Positions 1-12,300 of a stretch of DNA of 61,167 nucleotides are shown piece after piece. The first letter of the stretch is position 1. The number at the start of each line of letters is the position of its first letter. The stretch is from Enoplolaimus lenunculus (lineage: Eukaryota). Made by a program: the position numbers and the translations under genes. The DNA lies in NCBI GenBank assembly GCA_030248215.1, contig JASANG010001204.1, forward strand, positions 372,001-433,167. The letters are read 5' to 3'. A model generated the notes under the pieces. It was given only the letters and a program-made list of their open reading frames with translations. It did no database searches and was not told the origin of the DNA.

Positions 1-327
1 ATGGTTAAACTGAGAAACATCTCTGCGAACCGCAACGCAATGATACGCACCAAACAATCAATAAAATCCCGATGCCTCGACATTATCCAACACAACATAT
101 ATATATATAATATATATACGCGCATGTTCTAAAGCACCAGTTACTTGAAATATATAATTAACCGTAAAACCTTTATAGAGTTTACAATGTTAATGCATCG
201 GGAATGCAGAAAATCACAATTATAGTATAACCAAAATGCAATATATATCATTCATAAAAATTATCACTAAACGCTTTCAGTCAGATAGTTACCAATTTTA
301 CAATACGAGCTGCTCACACTCTAGGCG

Positions 328-3300
328 TTACTTCTGGAAAAATGCTTCTGCCGGGATCGCCCTAGAAGCCTGAAATACATAGTGTTCTCATGTTTAAATA
401 CAATACCAACATACAATGCATAAATTAGTATATTGCTATAAAAGAAAACACTATGAATGCAAATGTTGAGCTCTGTTGACCATCTTTGATGGGACAGCAT
501 TCGAAATTATATGCCATTAATCTGCTACCTGCAATCATATATCAGCGCTTTTAGTCGCTACTTTCCTCGAAGCAACGAATGTATTGATCACATTTTCAAA
601 ATAAAAACAGATTATACATGTACACAAAAAAATCGCAAAAACTGCTAGAAAATTGTTAACACAAATTGCCGCTGTTGTAGTGGTTGAAACAAATTGTAGC
701 ACCTGATTGGTTAGTTGGAAATTGCGCATGTTTAAAACTAAAAGCTAACCTTCAGTTGTTCAAAAACTTTTGCGGACTCCTGAAAGTTCCATTCATTTTC
801 AGCCAGGCATCTGAAAACACAAGAAAATCTTTAAACAAACAATTCATCTTATCAGATGTTATTTTTACCAAAAAATGGGCTGCACTGGTTCGTAAAAACG
901 CACTCTATTACAGCCAAACCGCACATTTCAACCATTTTGAATTATTTTAACACTAAAATTTGCCGTTAGTGTGGTACTTAAGTCCAAATAACCTTTTCAG
1001 TACTACAGGCCCAAACTACATCAGTTCATTTACAAACAGATCTTAACCAAATAATTTCACAAAATACAACAATGGCACCAACCAGTTTCACAAACCGCGT
1101 CCACTGCGAGCTTACTTTTCAGCCCACTCGCGTTTCATTCCGCTTAGTTCCATAAACTTTCCAATCATCGTATCCTGCGACATCACACCCCCTGTATTCA
1201 CAGCTACTAATGCTGGATTTGTATTAACAGCGCCACCGGACGTCTCTGGCTGCGCAGGTGCCATTTCGTCGGGTAACGGCGTATCTAGGGCTGCTGACGG
1301 TACGCTCATGGCAGCGTCACCACTATGTTGCGCGACGAATTGTTGCTGCTGGAGCTGTTGTGTTGCCACTGGATGAAGCACTGGTTGTGGTTGTTGTGGT
1401 GGTAATGTGGCAACTGTTGCCGATTTGTTGGCCTTTTCAATTAGTGCCATATACGCCTGAACGAAAAAATTCAAATTAAAGTAAACAGCCTGCGTTGTTT
1501 GTGCGAGACCATTCTTTCCACAAACCTAAAGCAGGACAAAATCTTAAAGTTTTGCATTCCTAACAAAATTGAATTCTGTAAGAAACCTGTATCTTGGCAC
1601 CGGTATACTAAATAATCTGGTTCAAATATTATCAGGTCAAAACATTTAAAAGTCGATATCGCATAATCTTATAAAGTGTACATCAGCGGCAACATCTTAC
1701 TTTCATGTGTGCCTCAGACACTACAGAAATAAATAATTGCTCGTTGATAACGGCGACCCTGAAACAAAATAAGCATGTGTACATTAAATAATATTCCAAA
1801 ATTCTAAACAATGCTGTTTTCTTAAAAAATTTTACACATATGCTAAAATACAAGTATTGCGTAATCCTTTTAAGTGGTATACATAAAAATAGTTAAACTT
1901 GCTTGGTGATGCTACTTACAATATACGTTAAGAATAATACATGCAGATATAGCATGAGAATCAGAAGCAAAATAATAAAGGGCGCAATATCGGTCAATTG
2001 CACTTCGCGTTCTAAACAAAATGTCCTCGCAACATTTTCTTACCCTCCCTTGTTCGGCACGACAAGAAACACTCGATCAAAATGTTTCGCTGGATCGCTT
2101 GCATTGTCCGTTTTGTCTTTATACAAACCACTGACGTTAAAGCATATCATTGATTCCTGTAACCAACAGATTTATATTTTCCAGAAAAATAAAATTGCCA
2201 TGCATTTGAGACTTTGTTAAGTGAACGTAAATGTTTTAACACCCCCGTTGTTCTAAATTTCTTACATTAATCCTAATAACAGTACCTCATATTATGTTGT
2301 GTAAGTACAATTTTAAACTGGATAAACATAAAAGAAAACTTTAAAAATTAAAAACCATAATATGGAAATATCGCTTACATGAACCAGAGATACATCCACC
2401 AAAAACGAGCCAGGATCATGAATAGTTTTTGGATACTTGTCCAAGAATGAGACAACTGCTAGTCGACCACGATGTATTAATTTCGAACGAAATTTTTCTA
2501 AAAAAATGAATATTTTCAGATCATCGGAAACCTAATACTGTGTTGTGTTAGCTTTACACAAATACCAACAATAATGGTATTATAACCATCAACCGAATTG
2601 GTGGAATCAAAAGTAAACACTAATATTGAACAGCACGTTCAACGTCGAATAAATGTCAATATACTTACGCCATTTAGCGACTGACATAATATTGTGGCTG
2701 GACTTGCTAAGACTTTCAAAATTTTTCGAACTCTGGTAATGCACTTCAGACGATGGTTGAAGAACCCACGCAGTAAAAGTGAAAGTAGCCTAAAATTGTA
2801 AAAGCTATAAATAGAACTGGATTCAATACAATAAAAAATAAACAATACGATGCATTTGCAGAAAGACCCAAAAATTCTCTCAGAAATCTTTGGGGTTTAC
2901 AATAAATTATTTTAATACAGTTTTGCAGCGCTCAAAACTTATACTGGGTTGACAAAGTTGTCTACAAAATCGACGAATCACATGAAATAAAACAAAGAAT
3001 ATTCTATCATTACATTATCAGCATATGCATCAAGCAGTGGCTGACGGTTATCAGAATCAAATATCGTGTAATACTGTTTTAAGAATTGTTCCACCACATT
3101 GCGAATGCTGTCGTTCACGAAAAAACTTGGCTGAAAATATATTATAAAATTGTGAATAAAATATCAATCATGCAAAAGAAACGAAAATTCTCAGGTTTCA
3201 TGTACATGCATAAGGAATCATTTAGACATTATGACAATAAATCTTTAGTTGACGGTAAATAACGCAGAGTTACCTGCATTATAATACTAGATATACATTT

Positions 3301-6300
3301 GTTGTATAAGCCTAAATCTGAATATTAATACACAGTTGAAGAAAGCGATCTCCGCCAACAACGCTGGTAAAAGATTTACGCAATACGGAAACAATTAACT
3401 AGGGATGTGCCGATTAATCGGCATCCATCGGCATCGGCAATAATCGGTACTTTTAGTGAGTACCGGCATCGGCACTGCCTAAAAATTGCCAATTCTTTGC
3501 CGATACTTTTTGCACATAACAGTCAGTTTGAATGCTATCAATTTAATTTCTGGCGCACAATAGAATGTCTGCTCAGGAAACTTGTTATCTCTCTTGCGCG
3601 TTTGTGTTTGAAAAATTAATTGAAATTAACCGTTCTTATAAAATTATAATCATTTATAATTGTTAGGGTTTAAGCCTTCATATAATAACGTAATATAGTA
3701 TTCTATCTGCTTATTAAGCATGGTGTACTAAAGTTGGAATCGGCATCGGTTCGGCACCGACAAAATTTTAAAATAAGAATCGGCATGGGTATCGCCATCG
3801 GCAAAAATCTTGGTATCGGCACATCCCTGCAATTAACAAAACATATTGAATAAATTCAATTACAACGGATACTGATTTACACACCTTGAAGCTTGGAGTA
3901 ACACTTTTAACTTCAGTCACTTCATCCAGATCGAATCCAATTGGAGGCGGCAATTCAATGCCATCCTATTAACAAAATTAATATGTCGTTAAACATGTAC
4001 TAAATTAACATACGCATTATATATCCGCTATCACATAAGTAAAGTTAGCAACAATGGAACAATAATAATTAGATTATAGTTGAACAATGTGTAAATAAAG
4101 TCGAAAACCCCATTTATCTTTGCCACAGTGCGGTGCAAATACATTTCAGAGATTCTGTCAAAAATTATACCATAAACTTTAATACTGCTTTAGCATTGTG
4201 AAATTAGCTAACATACAAAACAGACAGACTACATAAACTAGCGAAGGTTCGGTAAACAGTAAGCTTACCAATTCAACGACTTTCGGAAATATTTTGCGCA
4301 CAGCCCTAAATCACGTTAAAAATCAAAACAAATTACAAACATAATCATATAATGTAACCTGCCAGGACCAAGTAGGAGCATAACAATACAGTAACATGCA
4401 CACCAATTAAAGACCAGAAAGTGGCAAACAGCACGACAGTTCAGTTAATATAAAAACAGAATGTTACTCTCTTCAAAATAAAAAAAATTTTCTTGCCACA
4501 TATAACGTGATTCAGCCTCTGTTGAGGTTTTGCCGTTAAACGCCAAAAAGAAAGAAAAAATGTACTCAATTTAAACTAAAACTATGTCCATTGCATCAGG
4601 GATCGACCTAAAATTGTGGGAAACTGGTATCTCTCTTACGTTTATGTTTGAAAAATTAATTAAAATGAATCGTTCTCATAAAATTTTAATCGTTTATGGT
4701 GGTTAGGGTTTAAGCCTTCGCTTAATGATGTAATGTAGTATCCTATCTGTTCTTAGCCATGGTGTACTAAATTTGGAGTCGTCATCGGTTCGGAATCGAT
4801 ATATTTGCAAACTAAAAACCGTCATCGGTATCGGTATCGGCACATCCCTAAATAATAATATGATTTAAATTCTGCAAACATATGCCTTATTGTACGACTC
4901 AAATACTTCTAACAGTGCACAATTTTATATGCTGCATCCGGTTAAAGACCGGCTCCGGTAAAAAATCATAACAGTGTAAAGGCCGGCTCCGGTAAAAAAA
5001 TCATAACAGTCTAGTGGACAGTAAATAACTTCAATCTTACTCAATATAACTATTTGGATCGGTGTAGTTATTACACAGCGGATTGCGTTCGAGTACTAAG
5101 CTAACCAGTGTTTTACGCCAACACGGCGACAACTTCTCAATTTCTTCGATCCGATCGATCTGAAACAAAACAAAAACCCGGCCCCGCCCTCGCGCAATGG
5201 GTGGGGCCACAAACACAATTACGAGGCAGGTCTGCCACCTACGCGGACCAAAACTGCAAACTCAGGTTTCAGGGCTGGAATACAAGTAGTTCACCGTTAG
5301 CCAAAGCGAGGCAATACTGCCAACTAGCCACGGACAGCGGTAGGTTCTGAATTATAAAGTAAAAATAAATGTAAAACCGTTTATATATGTAACTCTGCAT
5401 ACCCTTTCTAGCTAGATAAACTAAGAACACCGGAACTATCAGAGCCCGGGCTAAGCAAAAAGGATTTATTATGATGTTTTCACACTTCACCAACCACAAT
5501 CGCTGTTTATTCGCAGAAAATAACAAAGCATAGAAATTCTACTATATACATTTGTTTCAATTATATAATCTGTTGCTTTGTTCAAGTCCAGTTCGTTGGC
5601 GTTAACTAGATGGGATGCAATACAAATGCTTCCTGAAGTTAAACTATTTTCGTAGATCACAAGAGCACAAGCAAGACATTCTATTCTGAGCCGTAGGGCC
5701 AAAGGTTCATGCTAACAAACGTGGTTGACAGAACAAAGTCGGTTTAACTGGGACGAATTTATAGTAACACTGATGCGAATTTCAGAAAATATTTACGCAC
5801 ATTGTTTCCGCTCAAGTCCAACTTCGTCACTTCGCTGCATCGCGTTGTGAGTCCAGAAAAATAATCCAACGTTCGCATTCGATTGTTCCTCATTATGACT
5901 GTGGTCAACTAAAAATTAAATAATAAGAATGAAAACGTTAATTTTAAAGATAACGGATTCTTCAACAAATTCTCTATTTGAGAACTAGCAGCTGTATGTC
6001 TTGTATATGTGTACTGTAGGAAAATATGCACAAGCAATTTGTATCTGTAAGTTTCTTACTGAAAACACTTGCACGTGCAAGTTGCATCTACAAGTTCCTG
6101 CTGCAAAACGTGCATAATAGGATAGGGGTTTAAAAGAATTTTCAGTCCAAGGTCACGTGTTGCACAGTACCAAAATACAACTACCGTCGGCCTTATTGTA
6201 CTTGGTCAAGATGTCTGTCATTATTGACAGATTAGATTTATTCACCTACAATGAACTACTCCTATCGCAAATATTAATATAAATTTTATAGGACGAATAC

Positions 6301-9300
6301 ATGTCCCACAAATAAGAAATATGTAAACCACCGCGATTCATTATATTTTATGAGATGTCATAAAATTTAGCACAATATCGTGATATTTGTAAGTGGTCCA
6401 GCATGAATAGGTGTTCTCAGCTTTCACAAAGCATAAAAGTTTATCACTTAGCTAAATGTACAACTGGACTGACGTATTGTTAATGTATCCATACGTAACA
6501 GACCCCATGTGTGTTAAACAGCTGAGTGTGCTTTCTTAAAAGATGGCGCAGAAGTTTTATCAATTCGCATACGAAAACAAAGTCAGCAGCATACGATTTA
6601 GAGAAACCTACCGAATGACACTGTTCGCCAATCAACTTTACAATTGCGTACATTACGTTGTTTCGCAACACAGATACAAGTCCACCCAAATTGTTGGTCA
6701 CAATTGCTGAAATTAAAACTTATTACTTATGCTTGACGCGCGTAAAAACTGTTTCGTTCGTGTCTATCCAGTTATATATGAGTCCTCCAACGTAATGCTG
6801 AAGACGGCAGCAATATCGACAAATCCCCGAAGTGATATTGTTACGACCAAAAATCAGTCATACACTAGTAAGGCTTATTACAAAAAAGACATACGCGCTA
6901 CGTACTTACCTGGATCCGAATTAAAATTCGATAAATCCAATGTCCCCAATTCTTGATTGTAGCGCTGATTAAGTGCTTGCTAAAACAAAAGTTAAGAAAA
7001 TAATAAATCAGTTGGAAAGTAACAAAACGACAACAAAAAGGTTCATTCAGACTTTATAAATAAAAATTAATGAAAGCAATCAAAACAACATGTCCTAACA
7101 GTTAAACTACGTAATGTCCTGTAATATATAGACCAGCCGTGGTAGGACTACATGTATTGAACGAAGCTCGAACACACGTAGTAAGTAGTTAAGCTAATAC
7201 GTAAATCAGTTATCAGCTAACTATTCATTTATTGGTTTTGGAGGTTTGTAAACAATTTATTCAGATTCCTCGCACTCAAAAACCCGTCATTAACCCTAAT
7301 AATATGAGAAATTATTTAGAGAGCCGTTACTTAGGCTTATCAATTGAGCAAAAAAACGCAAATTAGCTATTAGCTAACTATTCGATAATCGGTTTTGAAG
7401 ATTTGTAGACAATTTATTCGGATTCCTCGCACCCAAAAACCAATTATTGCTGAAATTAGATTGCTTGTAACCCTAACAATTAGTGAAATATTGCAAAACC
7501 GCCTGATTTAGGCTTATCAATTATGGTTATATGCAAATTAACTATTATTTAACTACTGAATTATCGGTTTTTGACGTTTGTAACAATTTATTCAGATTCC
7601 TCGCACCCAAAAACTGTCAATAAACCTTAATTATTATTGAAATAATTTAAATTCCTAAACGTGTCTTGTCAATTAAACTAATGTGCAAATTATCGATTAG
7701 CTAATTATGGTTAAACGTGTCTTGTCAATTAAACTAATGTGCAAATTATCGATTAGCTAATTATGCTATTATCGGTTTTGGAGGTTTGTACACAATTTAT
7801 TCAAATTCTTCGCACCTAAAACCCTTTAGTGCTAAAATTGTATTGCTTTTAACCTTAAAAATTAGTGAAATATTGTAAAAAGTCCTAATTTACGCTTATA
7901 AACTATGCTAATATGCAAATTATCTATTAGCTAACTACTCAATTATCGGGTTTGGAGGTTTGTAAGCAGTCTATGTGGATTCCTCGCTCCTCAAAACCCT
8001 TTAATGCTGAAATTAGATTGCTTGTAACTGTAATAATTGGTGAAATAATGTAGAAAATCCTAATATGGGCTTAATTAATCATGCAAATTAGCCTGTAGCT
8101 AATGAACGGCTTAAAATCCACCACAACAACAAAAATCAATTAATTGCACGTGAAAACAAATTTGTACTTTAATCGCATCCATTTCAGCTTCTTCAATCGG
8201 AATGAAAGGCGACATGGTTACCTTTGTAAACAGAACAAACTGAAAAAATTATCATCACTTTTTCAAACAGTGGCGGTAGCTGGTAGATGCCAGCAGACAG
8301 AGTTGCATTCGTGTTTCAAGAATTTTGGTTAGGTCGAATATTTTAATTTGAAAATTTTTGGTCTTAATTTAAAAAATCGGCTGAATCCCCGAGGTTTGTT
8401 TCAAATTCGGAAAATCCGCGTCTGTATCGCTGGCTATAAAAGCGGAGTACGATGTTAGTTTACGCAACCACATCTTTATATATTTTATTAACACTTTTGC
8501 AGTGTAGCACCGAACTTTGGATTTGTGAGTCTAATTTTGTTCGTCTAAAATTACTATACTTACGTCTTTGCCCTGAGGTCCTTGCACACGCCTGGACGCC
8601 GGTCTGATCGCATCTGACATTGCTTTATCATCGATATAAAATATTGCTTCGCCATTATCTTTAAAGTACATCTAAAATTTGCACACAAAGATAAAAAGAT
8701 TTTTAGTTATACTTCAGATTGGCTGCAAAGTTTACGACTACGTATATTCCAGCTTTCAGTGTGTTGTGGTGAATACGACAACCCCTGGATTATAACAGAG
8801 ACTGAAATTTACTGGAAAAGAAACACGTAACAATATCCATCAACGAAAATGACGTGCAAGTATTTCATGTTTTGTTTAGCTGATTTCATATTTTTTGAAA
8901 CACTTTGACTGCCTGATTCTGTAATGCTCCTAATACTCATGGTTTGAAAATATTCAATGCTACTTTCGTACCGTGATGGGTTTAATTTGCATGTCACAAT
9001 AGTCTGACAAACGATCGATAATGAAATTGCGTCCCATTTCCTTTCCTTTCTTTACCTAAAACAACATTTACAGTGAGCTAGCGTTAGTGACTGTGACTGA
9101 GCCATGCATGCATACATAATATATGCCAACCCTTTATGTAGCAGTTGTACGCCATACAATTAGCACGACGATTCGAGCATTCGTGATATTTTAACACACA
9201 ATTTACTCAATTTTTCTTGAATTATATAGGTTACAGTTTTAATGGGACATTAGCATCTTGCGTAGCGTGGCTGCACTTTATATGGAAATTATTTTAGTTG

Positions 9301-12300
9301 ACTGCAGGACAAATAGCCACACTGGAATGTCGCAATGAAAACAAACTTTGTTTTAAAATAAAGTGAAACAAAAGATATCTGTGTATACTTACTGTTACTT
9401 CGTACCACTTAGGCCGTTCCCTACCTCCACTGACGTGTTGTTGGTTGCTCATCTTATCGTGATGACGGTTTCTGTTGATTTTGCCGAGGATATCATTCGT
9501 TATGCGTTTATAAACACTCAGCCCTGTAGTTGGAATACAAAAATCATTATATAGTGCGGTTTTAAGGTAAACATTAAATGAGAACTGACACATTTGCAAA
9601 TTTCGAAAAAGTACAATCGATTCAAAGACTGAAAAGCTGCAACTTTATTTCATGGACGCCACTATGAGTTTTTGACAATTTATTGCAACAATTCATCTTT
9701 AAACATCAACGTTTTCAATTATATTACTAGTAATTCTGCCGTATAAGAAGAGTTGCTTCTTCCTCTCGATTTTAAAACTAGCATTCCTAAACGTCGACTT
9801 TGCCACAAAACTTACGATGCTCAGCGGTGCGATTGCTGTCTACAGCTACATCGTATCTATTTCTTCTCGATGGAAAACAGCTGAAAACAAAATCTCTGTG
9901 TATATGTTGCAATCCTTGCAAGACATCTGTTATTATATATAGATAAACCAAAAACAAAATCGACCTATCGTACTTCGTTTATGTGCTACAAATAACAGAG
10001 TCCTCTGTGCGTAACCAACTATGACGTATGAACGAAATTTATTGAGAAAAACCCTAACACATCAAAATGCATAGAAATACTTACTACGTGTTTGGTGAGC
10101 CGATAGAATCGATTGCAGAGGGACCAGCTTGATCATCGTTGTCATATGCCAAATCAACTGAAGCAGTAATAACTAAGATGATTAGGAATACATTACACCG
10201 GGATTTTTACAGGGCCGAGGTAAAGCCGGACAGAGGTTTTCAAAGTAATTCACTCACCGTTCGGAATAGCTCTATATATTGTTTAGTTAGTTAAGAAATT
10301 TACATATGACACAACATATAATAAATATTTACATACAAAATTAGATCCTTGCTTATGCCATTACACTGGTCACATATATATAATATAAACAGGGTGCGAC
10401 CGGATATTAATGTACCCGATACCGGGACCGGATACAGATATTGAATTTTTTACCGGAACAGGAACCGGATACCGGATATTGTATATGTTAAAATAATTTA
10501 TTTTTCCGCTGTATTTTTAGCGCGCTCAAGGTTTTCGTCTATTACAAAGTTTATAATAGCTGCTGATATACATGCACCAGGGGCTACTCTGCGCAAGTTC
10601 AAACTTTAACAACACACTACTAAGCGGTAGCGTTAGTTATATTACGACTTGCTTTAAAAAACATAATACGGAGGTAGGATTGGGCTAGAATGCGCAATGC
10701 AGAAATACATCGAAACATCGAGCTGTGATTGGTTCATTTTAAAAATAAAGGTGCGCAAAGTTAAACGACAAAAAGAACAACTTTGCGCGAACGCAGTACA
10801 ACATTGCGCATTAGCAATCGTTTACTACGCAAAACATTATGCTCACTTTGCACTTCAATTAATATATCTTATAACATTTCCGAAATCTATTAATTTCGTT
10901 ATGAAAACTTTACTTTCTATTCATTAATTTAAGTTAGCAAAAAATATTTCCATGAAAAATTAAACGTAATTTTACGGAACTATAAGCGGATCGGCCTTGC
11001 ACAAAAAATACTATAATTTCTTAAACGTTACGTGTTTCTTTTGCTCGCATTTAACTTTGCGTAGTTCAAAGAACTGGAGAAATAACGAAGTTCGTTATAA
11101 TATGTTAACAGCACTACTGGTAGACGCAGCAATTTTTGCCAGATATGAAGATGTACGTACGTGGATTCATTTTGTACATAACTTGGAATTGTTGTTTCTG
11201 CGCGAAATAATCCTTTTTACGGCAACAATGCGCGTTTTCAAAGAGTAAATAATTCCATACTTATCTGCTCTGATAAGCAAGAAGCAGATAGTTTCTTCAA
11301 AATTTTATTGTTAAACAGTTTCTTTCCAACAGAACAAACATTTTAAACATAAATTGGTCTAGCTAACAGCGAGCAAAATAAAATTGAAAAAATATAACTT
11401 GTAACAGCCACCTCACTAAATTTGGTTCTGCTTGCACCCGACGAGAATTGCGAAATATAAAATAGAACACCCACTTTAAGAAATTAGGATCTGTTTGCAT
11501 CCGGCTAGCTAACCAATTGCATACCAATCAAATTTTTTAAGTAACGCGTAACTTTTCACTGCTGAATTCTCAGCGAACTTCAAACCTTTACCAATAATTG
11601 TCTCACTTGGTAGCACCGGTCCATAAAAAACAAGCCGAAAATCAACATTCTCAATGTCTTTTTTAACCGGGAACTCAAAAACATTGTCACCTTTATACCG
11701 TAGAAACGTCATTTCTGTTGTTTTCCCATCATGTGATTCTTTAAGCAATCTTATTAACTTGCCCCAGTAGTACATTTTATCGTAGTATACAGCGCAATAT
11801 TGGCCTCTGCAGTCATCCGTTAGACGCTCCTGAATTTTCTCAAGCTGTATGTTTAGCACAGATCTGTATTCTGACTCGTTTCCTTTATTGTGGCTAAAGT
11901 GATCTGGATGGTCATTTAACTCTTCATCTTCTTGCTCATATAGCTCGACATTTTCATTATTATTGACCTGATGCAAACCACTATTTTGTAGAAATTCTTG
12001 GCGTCTTGAACCCAATCTACTCCTAATAATTTTCAGTGTTTCTGTGCCACTTTTGCTCATTAAAAAGTCGTACACCTGAGTTCCGGCCCCTGGTATTCCA
12101 TCTGCAACGTGTCCACATTTTCCACTACTAGAGCCGGAATGAAAACGACCAATTACCTCAAACGAATAAAGTCAATAATACGAACATAATAGGCTTATTA
12201 TAGCTTTAAAATTTTAGATCACAATCACCGAGGGTACGTGCAAATTTTCAATAAGACACTTTACATATATACAAGTTATAAAACAGGGATAAAGTTTGTG

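Noticed and set aside
4306..5040. Vertebrate or retroviral CTE core in the cassette intron
   Set aside because: No AAGACA-type internal-loop motif was seen on the sense strand.
5232..5275. TPP-riboswitch-like 3' half on the minus strand (AACCTGA...GCGTAGG)
   Set aside because: The J3/2 UGAGA motif, the P2 GGG strand and a pairable P5 are missing, and TPP riboswitches are not established in animals. cmsearch with the Rfam TPP model would settle it.
5688..5720. Group II intron domain V-like start (GAGCCGTAG...)
   Set aside because: The 3' strand of the lower stem is absent and no other group II features are present.
12110..12180. Spliced-leader RNA-like GTTTGAG|GTAATT followed by a hairpin (minus strand)
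   Set aside because: Only 7 nt match the SL1 exon, there is no Sm site, and it lies inside a decayed transposon.
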